Below the pieces are notes generated by a model that saw only the letters and a program-made list of their open reading frames with translations, searched no databases and was not told where the DNA came from. Made by a program: the position numbers and the translations under genes. A stretch of DNA of 63,727 nucleotides, filler included, from Cercozoa sp. M6MM (lineage: Eukaryota; Protista; Endomyxa: Ascetosporea), in the NCBI GenBank assembly GCA_040357565.1. It is 10 parts of 10 records of this genome, joined end to end, with 100 filler letters (N's around TTAATTAATTAA, not from the genome) between each part and the next. Parts side by side here need not be neighbours in the genome. Positions count along the whole stretch, not along the records: positions 22,368 to 27,185 come from JBDODJ010001043.1; positions 27,286 to 35,894 come from JBDODJ010000522.1; positions 35,995 to 47,728 come from JBDODJ010000395.1; 7 more parts are not named here. One strand, 5' to 3'. Within the stretch, counting starts at the first letter, position 1. Each line of letters opens with the position of its first letter. Positions 24,685 through 37,736 of this stretch are shown here, one piece after another.

Positions 24685-25061
24685 TTTCGTTCTGCACCAA
24701 CAAAAAAAGAAAGGATGAAAATCAACATCGCAGGAGAGGGACCAAAACGACTCGCACTTTGGACACCAAAAAAGACCCCACTAAACCACGGAAAACTGCC
24801 ACACACCTTGCTCCTACCTATTAGTGTTAATAACGACTCGTGTGCACTAATGCAGCTGGGGAGTACACATCCACAGTCCACGCAAAACAGTTAAGGGTGC
24901 GGTAACTCGCTTCAAAAAAACCGTCCGTTGCTCAGTACTTGTGGGGTTTTTGTGTGTGTGTGCGTTTCCGTTCGGAACATTGAACGACCTTGCATGCTTC
25001 CGTGAGAATCCGTGAATTAGGAATACAGGGTTTCTTGCGTTTCGCCAACATGGTATCCGCT

Positions 25062-25440
25062 CAATGTGTTGTCGCGACACGTTGAATGTGAGCTGCCTCC
25101 ACATTCAATGTGAGCTGGTGTCACATCAAAAAATGGCTGACAGTCCATTAAAAATTGCTCTCAGGTCACATCAATACGACGGATTTTCGCATAAACATAA
25201 ATATGACTGCCTCCACATTGAAACTGTGTAAATGGCACCTTCGATGGCTCTCAGTACATAAAAGTGCTGTCAGTTCACACCGAATGTTACCTCAGCCCAC
25301 TGGTGAGTCCAGTTGACCTCAGTTCACATCGAATGTGAAGCCAGCTCACACTAGGGTGATCTCAGTTCACATTAGAGTTGCAGATAAAAACTCGCATTTC
25401 GTGTGGGCTGGACTCACATCATCATTTTCCATGAACAGGG
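25062..25440. repeat. array of about 10 imperfect palindromes TGTGA-N7-TCACA (possible transposon subterminal region)
   Basis: Units include AATGTGAGCTGGTGTCACATC, GAATGTGAAGCCAGCTCACACT, GGGTGATCTCAGTTCACATT and GTGTGGGCTGGACTCACATC. Confidence 0.75.
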
Positions 25441-25673
25441 CCTCCTCACATGACTGATAGGTGCTTTCATGCTCATTTAGAGTGCTTGTTGTAAGCAGCA
25501 GTGTGACTGTGTTTAATCTAAGCCAAATTGATGTTAGTCAGGCACTTGTGTAGTTCGACCGAATCCCATAATTTCTAGTTTGCGCGGATGTTGTTCCATC
25601 AGTGTCGGTGCTTGTGCCGGCCGAGGAGTTCTTTCAGTGCCACCGACTTCATTAACCATTCGGTGGGAACCTA

Positions 25674-26680
25674 TCAGCGACACCGATTTAATTTCTTATA
25701 GTTGCCATTTCGGTGTGTAAATTTACCATCAGGACCATCGACTGCAAGCCGAAATGTACTCCAATGACCAGGAAAACATGGGGCAGTTGTACAGCCTGTA
25801 AATGATTTTACCTGTGTTCGAGTTAGATTTTTGCCAATCGTTTTCATGAGCTTTCGATGGTAGAGCGCAATCTCTAGAGCAATGACGACGAAAACGATGG
25901 GCAGACTGATAGCAATCGACGCGTTGACCCGATCGCGCGTTTTCCCCGCAGCTTCGAGGCGCAGGTACATTGCAGTCGTCAATGCTGGACCAAGGTGCAG
26001 TTGTTCAAAGTCTCGGAATTCTCGAACCTCGTCATCAAAAAGCGAGCGAATGGCGATTTTCTTTTCGTTGGAAGCAAAGTCAGTGAGATTCAGATCAAGG
26101 CGAGTGGAGTTGGATTTCCCCGTCAGTCGTAACCCAAGCGCGACAAAGTTATCGAGACCCGATCGAACGCCGCGTTTCAGCCACTTGTGGCAATTAGACT
26201 CGTTTCGACACGCACGGTCACTCGACCATGCGTCGATTTCTGCGGGCAACCGCACTCTTGATGTGAGTTGCTAATACAGGTATATATGTAGTTTCGTAGA
26301 TTTACTTACCTTTGCGCCAAGAGGTTGTTCGTCGCCAACTACCCTCAAGTTCGACTCGGTCGTCAATCGCAAGACCTCCTTGGACAAGTGACAGAGCCTG
26401 GTAGTTTTGAATACTGTATAAGCTACTGTACGTTTGTTCCAGAGAGGTTTAATCGGTACCAAACTAGTGGCTTTTTCAAAGATTGCCCGAACCTCGCTGC
26501 AACATCAAAATACAGTTTACACTTTTCTACCTTTCTTTTAGGGGGAAAGTATATTTACGTCGCTGTGACGTTGCCTTGTAGCATCGAATTTTTCAAAAAG
26601 GTGCCGTCTTCCTTCAGTTCTAAACCAGCGGCTTGGTATACCCAATCCTCGAACCTACACCGTAGTATGTGTGCATGAGA
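25674..26680 (-). CDS. multi-exon hypothetical protein
   Basis: A 193-aa open exon (25674-26255) plus upstream protein-like exons (EVRAIFEKATSLVPIKPLWNKRTVAY...PLGAK|GTAAGT). No family recognised and boundaries are approximate. Confidence 0.45.
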
Positions 26681-27126
26681 TTGTACAGTACTCTAAAAAA
26701 GAACTGGTACTTGAAAATTTTGCAATGCAAACACTCCTTCGCGAGCCTGTGGGAGATAAATTATTCAAATCACAAACAAAGCGCTGTCGCAAGATGTGTG
26801 AGTGGTGACAGTGTTCACCTGGGTTCTGATCTGGGCACTAAGCTCAGCCTCTGCAGTTGCTTGACGCAGAATTCGGATTTCAGGTTGCACAAAGAGAGCC
26901 CAAGTGACGGTGTAGATTGAGAACAGGATCTACAAAACATGGATTGAATCGGAATGGAGTTATCTCAGAAAGTGTGCGCGTACAAATGGCGCAGTGAGTT
27001 GAATGGATTTCAAGGCACTATTTTGTTTACGCATGATAAAATCAGTAATTTTACTCCTTTTTTTAAGTATAAAAATCTGGGAAGAACCTACAGATCTGCG
27101 CTGGAGCTTAGCTTCTCTCGCCAACT

Positions 27127-27185
<59 letters not shown>

Positions 27186-27285
27186 NNNNNNNNNNNNNNN
27201 NNNNNNNNNNNNNNNNNNNNNNNNNNNNNTTAATTAATTAANNNNNNNNNNNNNNNNNNNNNNNNNNNNNNNNNNNNNNNNNNNN

Positions 27286-27343
<58 letters not shown>

Positions 27344-27353
27344 NNNNNNNNNN

Positions 27354-27402
<49 letters not shown>

Positions 27403-27523
27403 CGCGCGCCGACAAGGATAGCCATGCTGAGTGAAAACGTACCGGCTGGCGGTTTGTTGGGCCAGTCGCACATTTGGTGCTTTCATGATGCACCATTGGT
27501 CATGCGCTGCCACACACACACAT

Positions 27524-27554
<31 letters not shown>

Positions 27555-28639
27555 CACACATGCACACCACACACATGCACACACACACACACAGACACGC
27601 ACACACACACGTCCACAGGCACAAAAACAAAGAGTCCAGAGCGCGAGCACCCTTCCAGTGGCGCAGCAGTGTCGCTCGACAGCACTCGTCAATCTGTCGG
27701 GGGTCGGCACTCGTGTTGTTGTTGTTATTGTACATACTCTCTCTCGGTGTGTGTCTGTCCAACAATCACGCCAAACAATTCGATCATACAGTTTCATTAA
27801 CACGGTAGAGTTGAGAGGCACCAGTCCACAGGGCAGGGGAGTAAAATTGTAGTTGTTCGGAATCTCCGGCTCTTTTGGCGTGTTCTTGCTCTGCCCAGTC
27901 ACCGCAGAAAACAGTGCACAGGGACCAGACCTCGCACAACACAGCACACAGCACAACACACAACACAGCGCACACAACACGCAACACAGCGCACACAACA
28001 CACAACACACAACACACAACACAACAAAACGAGACCGGAGAAAATTCACACACACCGCTCTTCGCGATGTTGGCGTGCGGCAAGTGTGTTCACGCTCTTA
28101 GCTAGGTCGGTGCGGATGTGTTGCACTCAATTGAAACTAGTCTGGTCAGTGTTTGGTGCGTTTGTGCCGTTCGTTTTGTCTTTAGAATGATCGTAGAACG
28201 GCGGTTTCCGGCACACTGGCACCGCCGATTTCTCGCTGTGCTGGCCACTAGGCCACGAGCCACACACCATTCCGCCTGCAATTTAGTGCACGCTGTCCTC
28301 TGGAACACACGGCACAGCGATCAGAGCAACTCGGAGTGGCCAAAATGCGCGCTATTTTGCCTGGGCGAGCATCAGTGATCGGGCCACAAGCAGACACTCC
28401 GCCGGACACTGGGCGCCGCACTGCTCGCCGCTTGAACTCGCAACACATTCGATACGAGCGAATTTTGGTCTACTCACGGTAATGCCATATACTAGCACTG
28501 CATACGGACGCTGTCAAAGCTCTAAATAGACTCTCTGTCGGCAAGTCACTTCTCGCCAAAATAGCCGCGTCCAGTGCCTCGCGATTTCGGCCTCCTTTAC
28601 TGCACTGTGCACGGCGTGAGCGTGTGCCTGCTGTGTGGT

Positions 28640-30036
28640 GCTGTTAAACAGGTGTCTGCTCTGGCAGGACACTCATTCGGCGATGCGTGGCCGGGTTTAC
28701 ACCTTCTGCCAGTGTAGTGCCATTCTAAACCCCACATGTCGGGTTTGGCCTTATCCCAAGTCACGGTGTCTCTACTACATCACTGTACTGAGACTGTTAC
28801 GCACCGTATCGTTACCAGGTCTGGCCTTCAGTTGACATGAGCGGAAGCGGGAAGTTTGCCTATCATAAACATATTTACGGTACGTTTCATCGTACTTCTA
28901 TACTGTGTGTACTGCAAGCAAGGAAGCGAAGAGCGGACCAGACGTAACGGAAAAATAGTAAACAAACTGAAGAAACGAAACTATGACCAACGTAGGTGGT
29001 CGGCGAGCCCTAGGGACAAGACGAACTTCCGACGGCATAGTGCTTTCGGAGCAGATGAATGGCTAGGTTTAAGCAACATTTTGCAGAGACAGGTAAAGTG
29101 CATCAGAAAAAGATACCGTAGAAAGCAGCCAACACATCGAGAGAACCCGAGACGAGAAACATGTTGATAATCACTGGCTGCGAGTTGACACAGTTCATCA
29201 CAGGGAACGGCGGCATACTGGCCAAGTCGCCCGCTTGCGCGTGATGTCTGTACAGGTGCTGCCACTGAATTTCCTCTTGCTGATGCCGCATTCGGCACAT
29301 GGCGTTCTCCACGTCGAGCGCACTCCTGCTCTCGAAACCCAACTGACTCACACGGGAACAACAACAACAACAATCATTGTAGCATCGAATATTACAGGCA
29401 GTGAACTGCATGCACGCAGCTAAATAACGACGTCAAAAGAACCGCAGCTCGCAACGCTGTCGCCCTTTGTGCGTACAGGTTGCTGCGGCGTGTCGAGTAG
29501 CACTGTGGACGTGCGGCGAACAGAATCAAGTCGACTGCCGTCCACCTACATATGATACAGTCGTCATCTGTACCTATTTTACACACCCAACATGACCGCA
29601 AAGAGCACAAATTACACGGCACTGCCAAGTTGGGCAAACTGCACAAGGTGCAACTGTGTGCGCGTCACAGTGAAGCGACCGCCGATGCCGAGAGCGTCTG
29701 GTTTTGCCGATAGGAACACTCCGAGTGTCACAACCGCCGAGCAAACCGAGACCAAGGCGTAGGTCGCTGGCATCGATTGTAGCGTGAGAATCAATCTACA
29801 GCAGACAGACATAGGCTCAACCTTCCCAAATCAACCTGCCAGCGGTTGAAGTTGAAAGCTACAAACCGGGCAATGCCTGTAATGTCCTCGCCATTCTTCT
29901 TGTCTATCTTTGTGACAGTCACGGTGGTGCCAGCTGTCTGCGAAAGATAACTTGTGGATACCTTGTCCACTCATACATGAACACAGCGAACTAAAATTTT
30001 ACGTACCTCTTTTCGCGTGGACTTTGGTCGCGCCAT
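28640..30036 (-). CDS. multi-exon hypothetical membrane protein (may extend toward 27400)
   Basis: MARPKSTRKE|TAGTTVTVTKIDKKNGEDITGIARFVAFNFNR..|LILTLQSMPATYALVSVCSAVVTLGVFLS (TM-like), followed by further GT-AG-bounded exons. The 3' end is unresolved. Confidence 0.4.
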
Positions 30037-30501
30037 GTTCAGTCTGGGTGGCCAAGCAAAAACTGGTTTGGCAGGTTTCGAGCTCCACACACCGTGCAAG
30101 TGCCAAAAAGCAAAGCCCCTCAAATTGGCATAGGGAAGATTAGTGAGTTTGTTCGTCTCGAGACCTCACAACTTCCACCGCAGATTGCGGGATCACGACG
30201 CCACAGGTTGGCAGAAAGGCGCAAAAAGAAAACCCCTTATCGAGAATCATATGCATCAAAAACGGTTAAACCCACTCTAACCTGCTTAGAAGTCTGCGCT
30301 GATACCTTTAAGCCGTTCTTAATAGCGTTTGAACTGCGTAGGGAACAAATTATCACGTTTGTTGCTGCACAACGTCCGTTCATTGCCGAACATGACCTGA
30401 CCATCAATTGTGATTGGGCCGTGCTGGGTGACTTCTAAATTGAGAAACGGCGCTGCCGATCTTCTCACGCACCACGCCATTTTCAGTTTTAGCTTTAACG
30501 T

Positions 30502-31035
30502 CTATTCAAAAGACTTGGCGGCCTTGTCCATGAAAGTGGCAAGTTCGACATCGTTCTGCGACAGGCCGCCGCAGTCGTGCGTGCTGCAACCAGCCCATTG
30601 ACCTTTGTGTCAATGTGATCGGGAAGAAAAAAGACACACCTCAGCGTGACCTTGATGTGGTTGTACACATTGAACCACTCAGGATGGTGACACATCTACC
30701 ACACGCATCAAGTGCAACACACTAAATCAGCAAGGGCACACGCATCAAGTGCAACGCACCTCTTCAGCCTTCAAAGCCACTCGCGACATGAAACCGAACG
30801 CTTCGTTGAAGTCGGCAAACTGGTAGGTACGCTCGATTGCGTCACGGCCTTCGACAAGCGACCAGCCACTCTGCTCCAGCAATGGCAGCAGCGTCTGCTC
30901 AAAGAGGCGAGGGCGTTGGGGTTCCCCAAGCCTCCGATACATACAGTACAGAAGTACCTGCCGCTCTTCAGCGCTCAGCTGGCTCACACCTCGCGTGCCG
31001 ATTCGAACACTCTGGACAATTCTACGACCCAACAT
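30502..31035 (-). CDS. PCBD: pterin-4-alpha-carbinolamine dehydratase, with putative mitochondrial presequence
   Basis: Four exons: [26 protein letters not shown]|[45 protein letters not shown]|[19 protein letters not shown]|[26 protein letters not shown]. Confidence 0.96.
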
Positions 31036-31300
31036 TGCAAATACACACGTGCACGCACAAAAACACGCGATACAAAACACTGAGCACCGACCGGAGCGCC
31101 GGTAAAAAATTAAATCCCATCATCTTCGTCTCTCCAGGGACGTGACGCCGTGCAAGGGGCTTTACGTCGCACCCAAAGCTAGTTGGTTTAACAGTTTTCT
31201 TGTTTTTCATTAGAACGGTCTTGTTTTGTCATGTCATTTTATTGGCGGTGAGAATTTACTAGATCTTGATGCCAGTTTTGTGTGTCGCAGTGCCGTAAAC

Positions 31301-32560
31301 ATGGGCGACGGTGAGCGCCCGCCAAAGCGACGCAAATTAGCGGTACAGTTTTGCCTAAACATCCATGATATCTACATGCATGTTGGAGCAGCCGGTGGTG
31401 CCTCCTTTCATTTCGCGCGTGCTGCAACTTCCGGCGACGCAGAAGCAGCAGCAGCGCGCTTTGTTTCGCAGCACAGTGATTCCGCTTCTGGTACGTTTGC
31501 ACTGGCCCGTTCTCAACCTTACCTTTGCTGACTAACAAGCTGTGCGCTTTGTCTGTTATCTGTGCGACTTGCAGAGGAATGCTGAGTGGCAAGCAGTTAG
31601 CGAGATTCGCAAAGAAACGACGCACAAGCGAAATGATTTGAGACGCATGCTTTACTTGGTTTGTTGACTGTGTGTCCTTTGACCTGCTGCAGTTGTTGTG
31701 TGAGTGTACCGACGTTGTTTGTGCAGATGCACATCGAAGGTGACGTCGAGTACGACCCGGCCAGTGGTCGCGTACGTCTCAGGCGGCCGGATCAGGATAG
31801 CGACGAAGTCGACACTGCTGCCACGAGTGTCGTTCAGACCGACGACGATCTGGACCGCATCTTTGGTGACGACGACTTCACCGGCATCGATCCCGTCTCG
31901 GACGATGCCGAACTCTTTGGCAGCGACCAGGTCGAGCTCCCGCAGCAACCGACGGTTGAAGAAACGTCTGTCGCGGAACCTTCTCCGACACCGTTTCTCG
32001 CAGAACCGCCTGTTGAAGAACCGCCTGCTGCAGAACCGCCCGTTGCAGAACCGCCTGTTGCAGAACCGCCTGTTGCAGAACCGCCTGTCGAAGAAGCGTT
32101 GGTTGAAGAACCCCCTGTCGAAACAGAGACGAAAAAAGAAAGAGTCGAAACGCCGCAGCAGTTGCCTGAACCGCGAAAGACGAAAGAGGAGAAACGCCGC
32201 GTCCAGTCAGAGCCCAAGTCGACGAAGCAGTTCACGCAGGACATGATGGTCGACATCATTGATCTCTGCAGCGACTCGGAGGACTCTGCCACTACGATCG
32301 AAGGCGACACCGACACGCCGCAGTCCACGAAACTCACGGAACTCGAACTCGACGGGCACACCTCCTTCGACGAGGACGGCGACGAAACCGTCGACGAGCT
32401 GGAAGAGGAAGAGGAAGAGGACGAAGAGGAAGAGCAAGATGGCGACGAAGAGGAGGAAGATGATGAAGAGCAAGAGGAAGACGTGGAGGAAGATGTAGAG
32501 GAAGAAGAGGAAGATGAAGAGGAAGAAGAGGAAGATGAAGAGGAAGAAGAGGAAGATGAA

Positions 32561-32592
<32 letters not shown>

Positions 32593-32686
32593 AGATGAAG
32601 AGAATAAAGAGAAGGAAGACGAAGACGATAGCGACCGCGATCTTGACCTCGGTTGGTCATGCTTCACTTTCTTTGTTTCTTCTTGG

Positions 32687-32739
<53 letters not shown>

Positions 32740-35610
32740 GTTGAAGAGAGAGTTGTTTGTGCAGGTGCCTTTGAGCTGCAAGACGTTCGCAAGAAGCGAA
32801 AGAAGCGGAGGTACCTTTTGCAGCAAACAGACTCAGTTGTCATTACTGTCTCAATGTCGCACTGCAGGAAAAAGAAGCGCAAGACGGACGAGTCGGACGA
32901 AGAAGAAGAAGACGCGATTCTCGCCGAGGAAGAAAAGAACGCGCTGCAGCAAGAGGTGCCGTCTTGTCTCACCCGCTTCCCCCTACCCCCACCATACCCC
33001 TACCCCCACCTTACCCCTACCCCCACCTTACCCCTACCCCACCTTACCCCTACCCCTACCCCTTACCCCTTACCCCTTACCCCTTACCCCTTACCCCTGA
33101 CCCGCGTGTTGTTGACACAGGAAGTGCGACGTCGCGAGGAACTTGAGAAGAAGCGAAGGCGCGCCGTGGCACCTGGCCAGGAGCGAGACGCGCGCGGCCG
33201 CGTCGTGCTTAACACGGACCGCAAGGCGGACGAAACGCCGCTGGTACTGTCCAACTTATCCCTGCCCCCTTACCACTTTACCCTTTACCCTTTACCCTTT
33301 ACCCTTTACCCCCGTGTTGCAGCTGCTGTCGAACACGGTGTCGAAAGTGATAAAGCCGCACCAGCTGCGCGGCCTACGCTTCCTCTACGACAATGTACAA
33401 CTGTCCTCCTTGTCTCTGCTTAGGTGTGACTGTACCACACACACACACGCACGCACACACACACAGGTATTTGAGGGTGGCAAAGCCAACGACGCCATCA
33501 AGGAGCATCGTGACAAGGGTCCTTATACACCCGATGTATGCGTATGTATGTGTGTGTGTATGTATGTATGTATGTGTGTGTATGTATGTATGTGTGAGTT
33601 AATGATGACTGGACTGGTTGCCTGCAGGACTGGGCTGCGTGCTGGCACACCAGATGGGCCTCGGCAAGACGTTGCAGAGCATCACGCTGCTGTCGCTCGC
33701 GTGGCGCTACCGCCTGGCGAGACACATGCTCTGCGTCATGCCGGTCAATGTGCTCTGCAACTGGGACCAAGGTACCCTTTACCCCCTTCACGTTCTAGTT
33801 TTACCCCTACCTTTACCCCCGTTCACCTCTTACCCCACCCTCCTCTTAGAAATACGCAAGTGGTGTCCGAGAGGCAAGTGGCGTCCCACGATTTTTTTGT
33901 GCGATTCGAGTAAGTCGCACCTGGCTTACCGGAAGCATATGGGGATGTATCGATGTGTGTCTGTGTCTGTGTGTGTGTTGTGCCTAAGTAGCACTGCACC
34001 TGAAGAGACGCGTGCACCTGCTGTCGCAGTGGAAGAAGAAGGTAAGTTCTTGCCCCATTTACCCCCCCGCCCCCCGCTGGATATTGTATATAGGGCGGCG
34101 TCCTTCTGATTGGATACGATCAGTTTCGCTTGTTGGTAAAACTATATATATATATATATATATATATATGTCTACATCCATATATTTGTACATCTTGTCT
34201 TTGTATATGTGGTCTTGTCTATGTGTATGTGGTCTTGTCTATGTATATGTGGTCTGTGTATGTATGTATGTATACTTGGGAGCACAGGTACAAGGCAGTG
34301 GCAAGGCACTCAAGCAGTTCAACGACAAGAAGATTGAGTACACCTCATTCATACCCCCCTTACCCCTCCCCCATTACCCCTCGCAGACGGATACACAAGA
34401 CATTGACGCAAGTGCCGGACATTATCGTTCTCGACGAAGGTCACTGCATTAAGAACGACAAGGTAGCCCCTACTCCCTCACCCATCTCCCTTTACCCTGC
34501 CCCCCCCCAGGCACAAATCGCAATCGCGCTGAAGGAGATCCGAACGAAGCGACGCGTCATTCTGACTGGTGAGTCCCCCTGATTTCCCTCTACCTTGCCT
34601 ACCTTCACCCTCCCTTGCCCTACCTTTACCCATACCCCTACCCTACCCCTGCTGTCCTCGCTGCCCCTACCCCTCACCCACCCCCTGAACAGGCACGCCG
34701 CTGCAGAACAACCTGATGGAGTATTACCACATGATCGACTACGTCAGACCGGGCTTCTTTGAGTCGGAGGAGCGGTTCAAGCGACTGTTCGTGCGACCCA
34801 TCGGTAGGCACGCCCTTGTGTCTCTTGTGTCTCTGGGGGGTCTGTACTGGAGGGGGTCTGTGCTGTGCTGACGTCCGCGCGGACGTGCGCAGTGAACGGT
34901 CAGTCGGTGGACTCGACGCCGGCGGAGGTGCGGCGCATGCGGCAGCGCGTGTGGCTCATGTGCGACAAGATCCGCGGCTTTGTGGACCGGCAGGACTGCA
35001 GCGTGCTGGCGCGCAGTCTGCCGGCCAAGAGCGAGTTCGTCGTCTTTGTCTCGCTCAGTCGCACGCAGAAGCTGCTGTACCGGTGCTGCCCCCTGCGCTA
35101 CCCTTTACCTTTACCCCTCTTACCCCCCTCCGCACACACACAGGACCTTTGTAAGACGGTACCCAGGCACGGTAACTGCAACTGTTTTTGAGAGAGAAAG
35201 CTTTTGGCTGGATTTTGGACTGTGTGGTTTGTGGGAGGATGTGCAGAGACTGTTCGCGGCCTACCAGGTGTTGAGCAAGGTGTGGTCGCACCCGGATGCG
35301 CTGCTGCACCACTACCGGTATACGCACGTTTTACCCTTACCCTTACTTTTTACCCCCCCCCCCCCGTAGTGAAGCGGAGGGAGCCAATCAGGACGATAAA
35401 GTATCATCTATCCCTCTTACCCCCCTCTACCCCCTACCATTTCTGTTGTGAAGAAGAAGAAGAAGAAGTCGGCACCGAGTAGTTTACCCCTCCCTTCTCG
35501 GTGCACGTATGTGTACGACTGGAATGTGTATGTATGTGTACGTATGGGACAGCTGCCATTCCGGTGGATTGGTTTACGGACGTTTACTCACTGGCTGCCT
35601 CGCGAGGCGT
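31301..35610 (+). CDS. ATRX/RAD54L2-like SNF2-family chromatin remodelling ATPase (3' truncated)
   Basis: Motifs [50 protein letters not shown]|[27 protein letters not shown] and [21 protein letters not shown]. The N-terminus is acidic with AEPPV repeats and a poly-E/D tract (32400-32620). Confidence 0.92.
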
Positions 35611-35803
35611 CTCTGAGTGTACCCTACCTTACCCTATCCTACTCTATCCTTACTCTACCCTACCCTACCCTACTACACTACCCTACCCTCTACCCTATCC
35701 TATCCTGCCCTACCCTACACGACACTACCCTACCCCACCCACCCTACCCTATCCTCTACCTTATCCTACCCTGCCCTACCTCCTTCACTACCCTACCTAT
35801 ATG

Positions 35804-35894
<91 letters not shown>

Positions 35895-35994
35895 NNNNNN
35901 NNNNNNNNNNNNNNNNNNNNNNNNNNNNNNNNNNNNNNTTAATTAATTAANNNNNNNNNNNNNNNNNNNNNNNNNNNNNNNNNNNNNNNNNNNN

Positions 35995-36039
<45 letters not shown>

Positions 36040-36042
<3 letters not shown>

Positions 36043-37505
36043 TTCAGTGCACCATGTTGGCTACACGGCGGCGTGATTCACTTGCTTCTCAATATGGTGA
36101 GTTGGGCCACCTTGTGGCTGTCTCTGTTTGTGTAGGTCAGTGTGTTGACATTACGTGTGTTGGTATTAGGTCGCTGTGTGGCGCCTGGGTGTTGGTCTGG
36201 AGCGCGCATTCGGCCCTGTCCGTGTCGCCACTGTAGCCTTGCTTTCTTAAGCGTGCTGGTCATCCGACGTCTCTTGATTGTTTTAAAACTGCAGGTCTAC
36301 CTTGCGAGTGGCGTTTCAGGCGTCGTTTTAAGCGCAATCTTTCTGCCTCAGGTCTTCTCGTTTTGTTATCTTTCTTGCCCTCTTTAACTTGTCCTTGCAG
36401 GTGCTGAGTGTGGGTGCCTCGGGTGCTTTGTACGGGCTACTCGGCGCCTTGTTTGGCGACTTTGCACAAAACTATCGCTACATTCCGCAAGAACATCGTC
36501 GAGGGTAGTCTGTCCCCTCCCTTAACCGCTCCGCCTTAACCGCTCCGTTCCTCTGATTGCTTCGTGTTTTGAAGCTATCTAATGTCGCTGGTGATCTCGA
36601 GCGTCATTGGTCTCGGCATTGGCCTGTTCCCACTGCTGGACAACTGTACCCCTCCCCCTCCCCTTTACCAAGTCAATCCGCATGTTTTGATTGGTTAAAT
36701 TTGGGCGTTTGATTTGATTTTGCGTTTGATTGCTGTCTGTACCGGCAGTCAATCACGTGGGCGGCTTCGTGTGCGGAATTTTGCTGGGTGCTGCGCTGTT
36801 CCGACTGCGTGTACCGCACGAAGAAGACGAAGTCACGATTCAAGACATTGAGATCGACAGTCAACACTTTGGTAGGCTGTCTTTAGTGGTCCAATGAGAT
36901 TCAGCTTTGTTTTAAATGCTCCTTATTCCTAGTGGGCGATGTTCGAGTCGAAGAATCTTCCAGGAGCGGCAGCAGAGTACGCTATATTTCTTTCGCTCGC
37001 TAAAAGGTCAAAGGGTGTGAGTGTGTATTTTTGCAGAAATGTGTTACGCTGTCGCTCATGCTTCTAGCCGCCTGGGCAACTGCCTTGGCAGTCAGCCTGT
37101 TCTCGAACATGAACGCACACGAGTGGTGCACCTGGTGTCGTCACATCTCGTGCGTGAACACGCCGGTATTTTCCCTATTTTCAATCATTCTGGTTCTGTC
37201 CTGTTAAGAGCGTTTAAATGTAGTGGTGGGAGTGCCCCGACTACTTTGGGCCAATGTGCACAGTGTACCAACAACGACAGGGTTCGTTTCTCACGTTGAG
37301 CTTCATTGAGTTTTGTGTGGCTCAGTTTTTTCTTTGGCTGCTGGTAGGCTACGTAAGGTATTGGACGGGCCCGTGCTGCCAAGTCAATGGCGTCTCTGCC
37401 GTGTGTCCCGGCGACAAGTGCAAGGTCGTCGATGAGACGCCCGGAGGCACTCGCACGGAGCGAGGGACCGAGTCGTGTCCCGTGCGTTTCTCTTTGCGTT
37501 CCTGA
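36040..37505 (+). CDS. 3' part of an active rhomboid-family intramembrane serine protease
   Basis: LGVGLERAFGPVRVA|VYLASGVSG...FLP|VLSVGASGALYGLLGA (catalytic GxSG)|GLFPLLDN|FNHVGGFVCG (catalytic His), then WCTWCRHISC. Confidence 0.92.
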
Positions 37506-37736
37506 TGCCAAACTGTGTTTCTTGAATTAAATCTGTGACTTAGGATGTCTCGGGCAGCGTCAACAGCAGTCCAGACAGCAACAGGTCGGATGAACCGTTC
37601 TACCCTCTCAATGACACGTGCCGTCGAACGGATCCTATCCTGCGCTCCGATGTGTAAAACTTGAAGTCGCCGTACCGTACCACGCTGACGGAGAATAACC
37701 GAACCGTACTCGTTCGATTAATATTGTAGTAGCAAA

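Noticed and set aside
25062-25440. CRISPR-like or CRP-site array
   Set aside because: Units are degenerate with no regular unique spacers and no cas genes. The context is eukaryotic, and the spacer is N7 rather than the N6 of CRP sites.
27400-28500. Separate gene model
   Set aside because: Exon-like pieces are present, but I could not establish frame, strand continuity or homology.
31834-32826. Long poly-Ser/Gln ORF and other CV/HT/PLP-rich ORFs in the ORF track
   Set aside because: These are antisense shadows of coding repeats or translations of intronic microsatellites.
32970-33320. True telomere or interstitial TTAGGG array
   Set aside because: The unit is TTACCC(C), not CCCTAA. It is degenerate and confined within GT-AG introns, so it is reported as an intron class instead.
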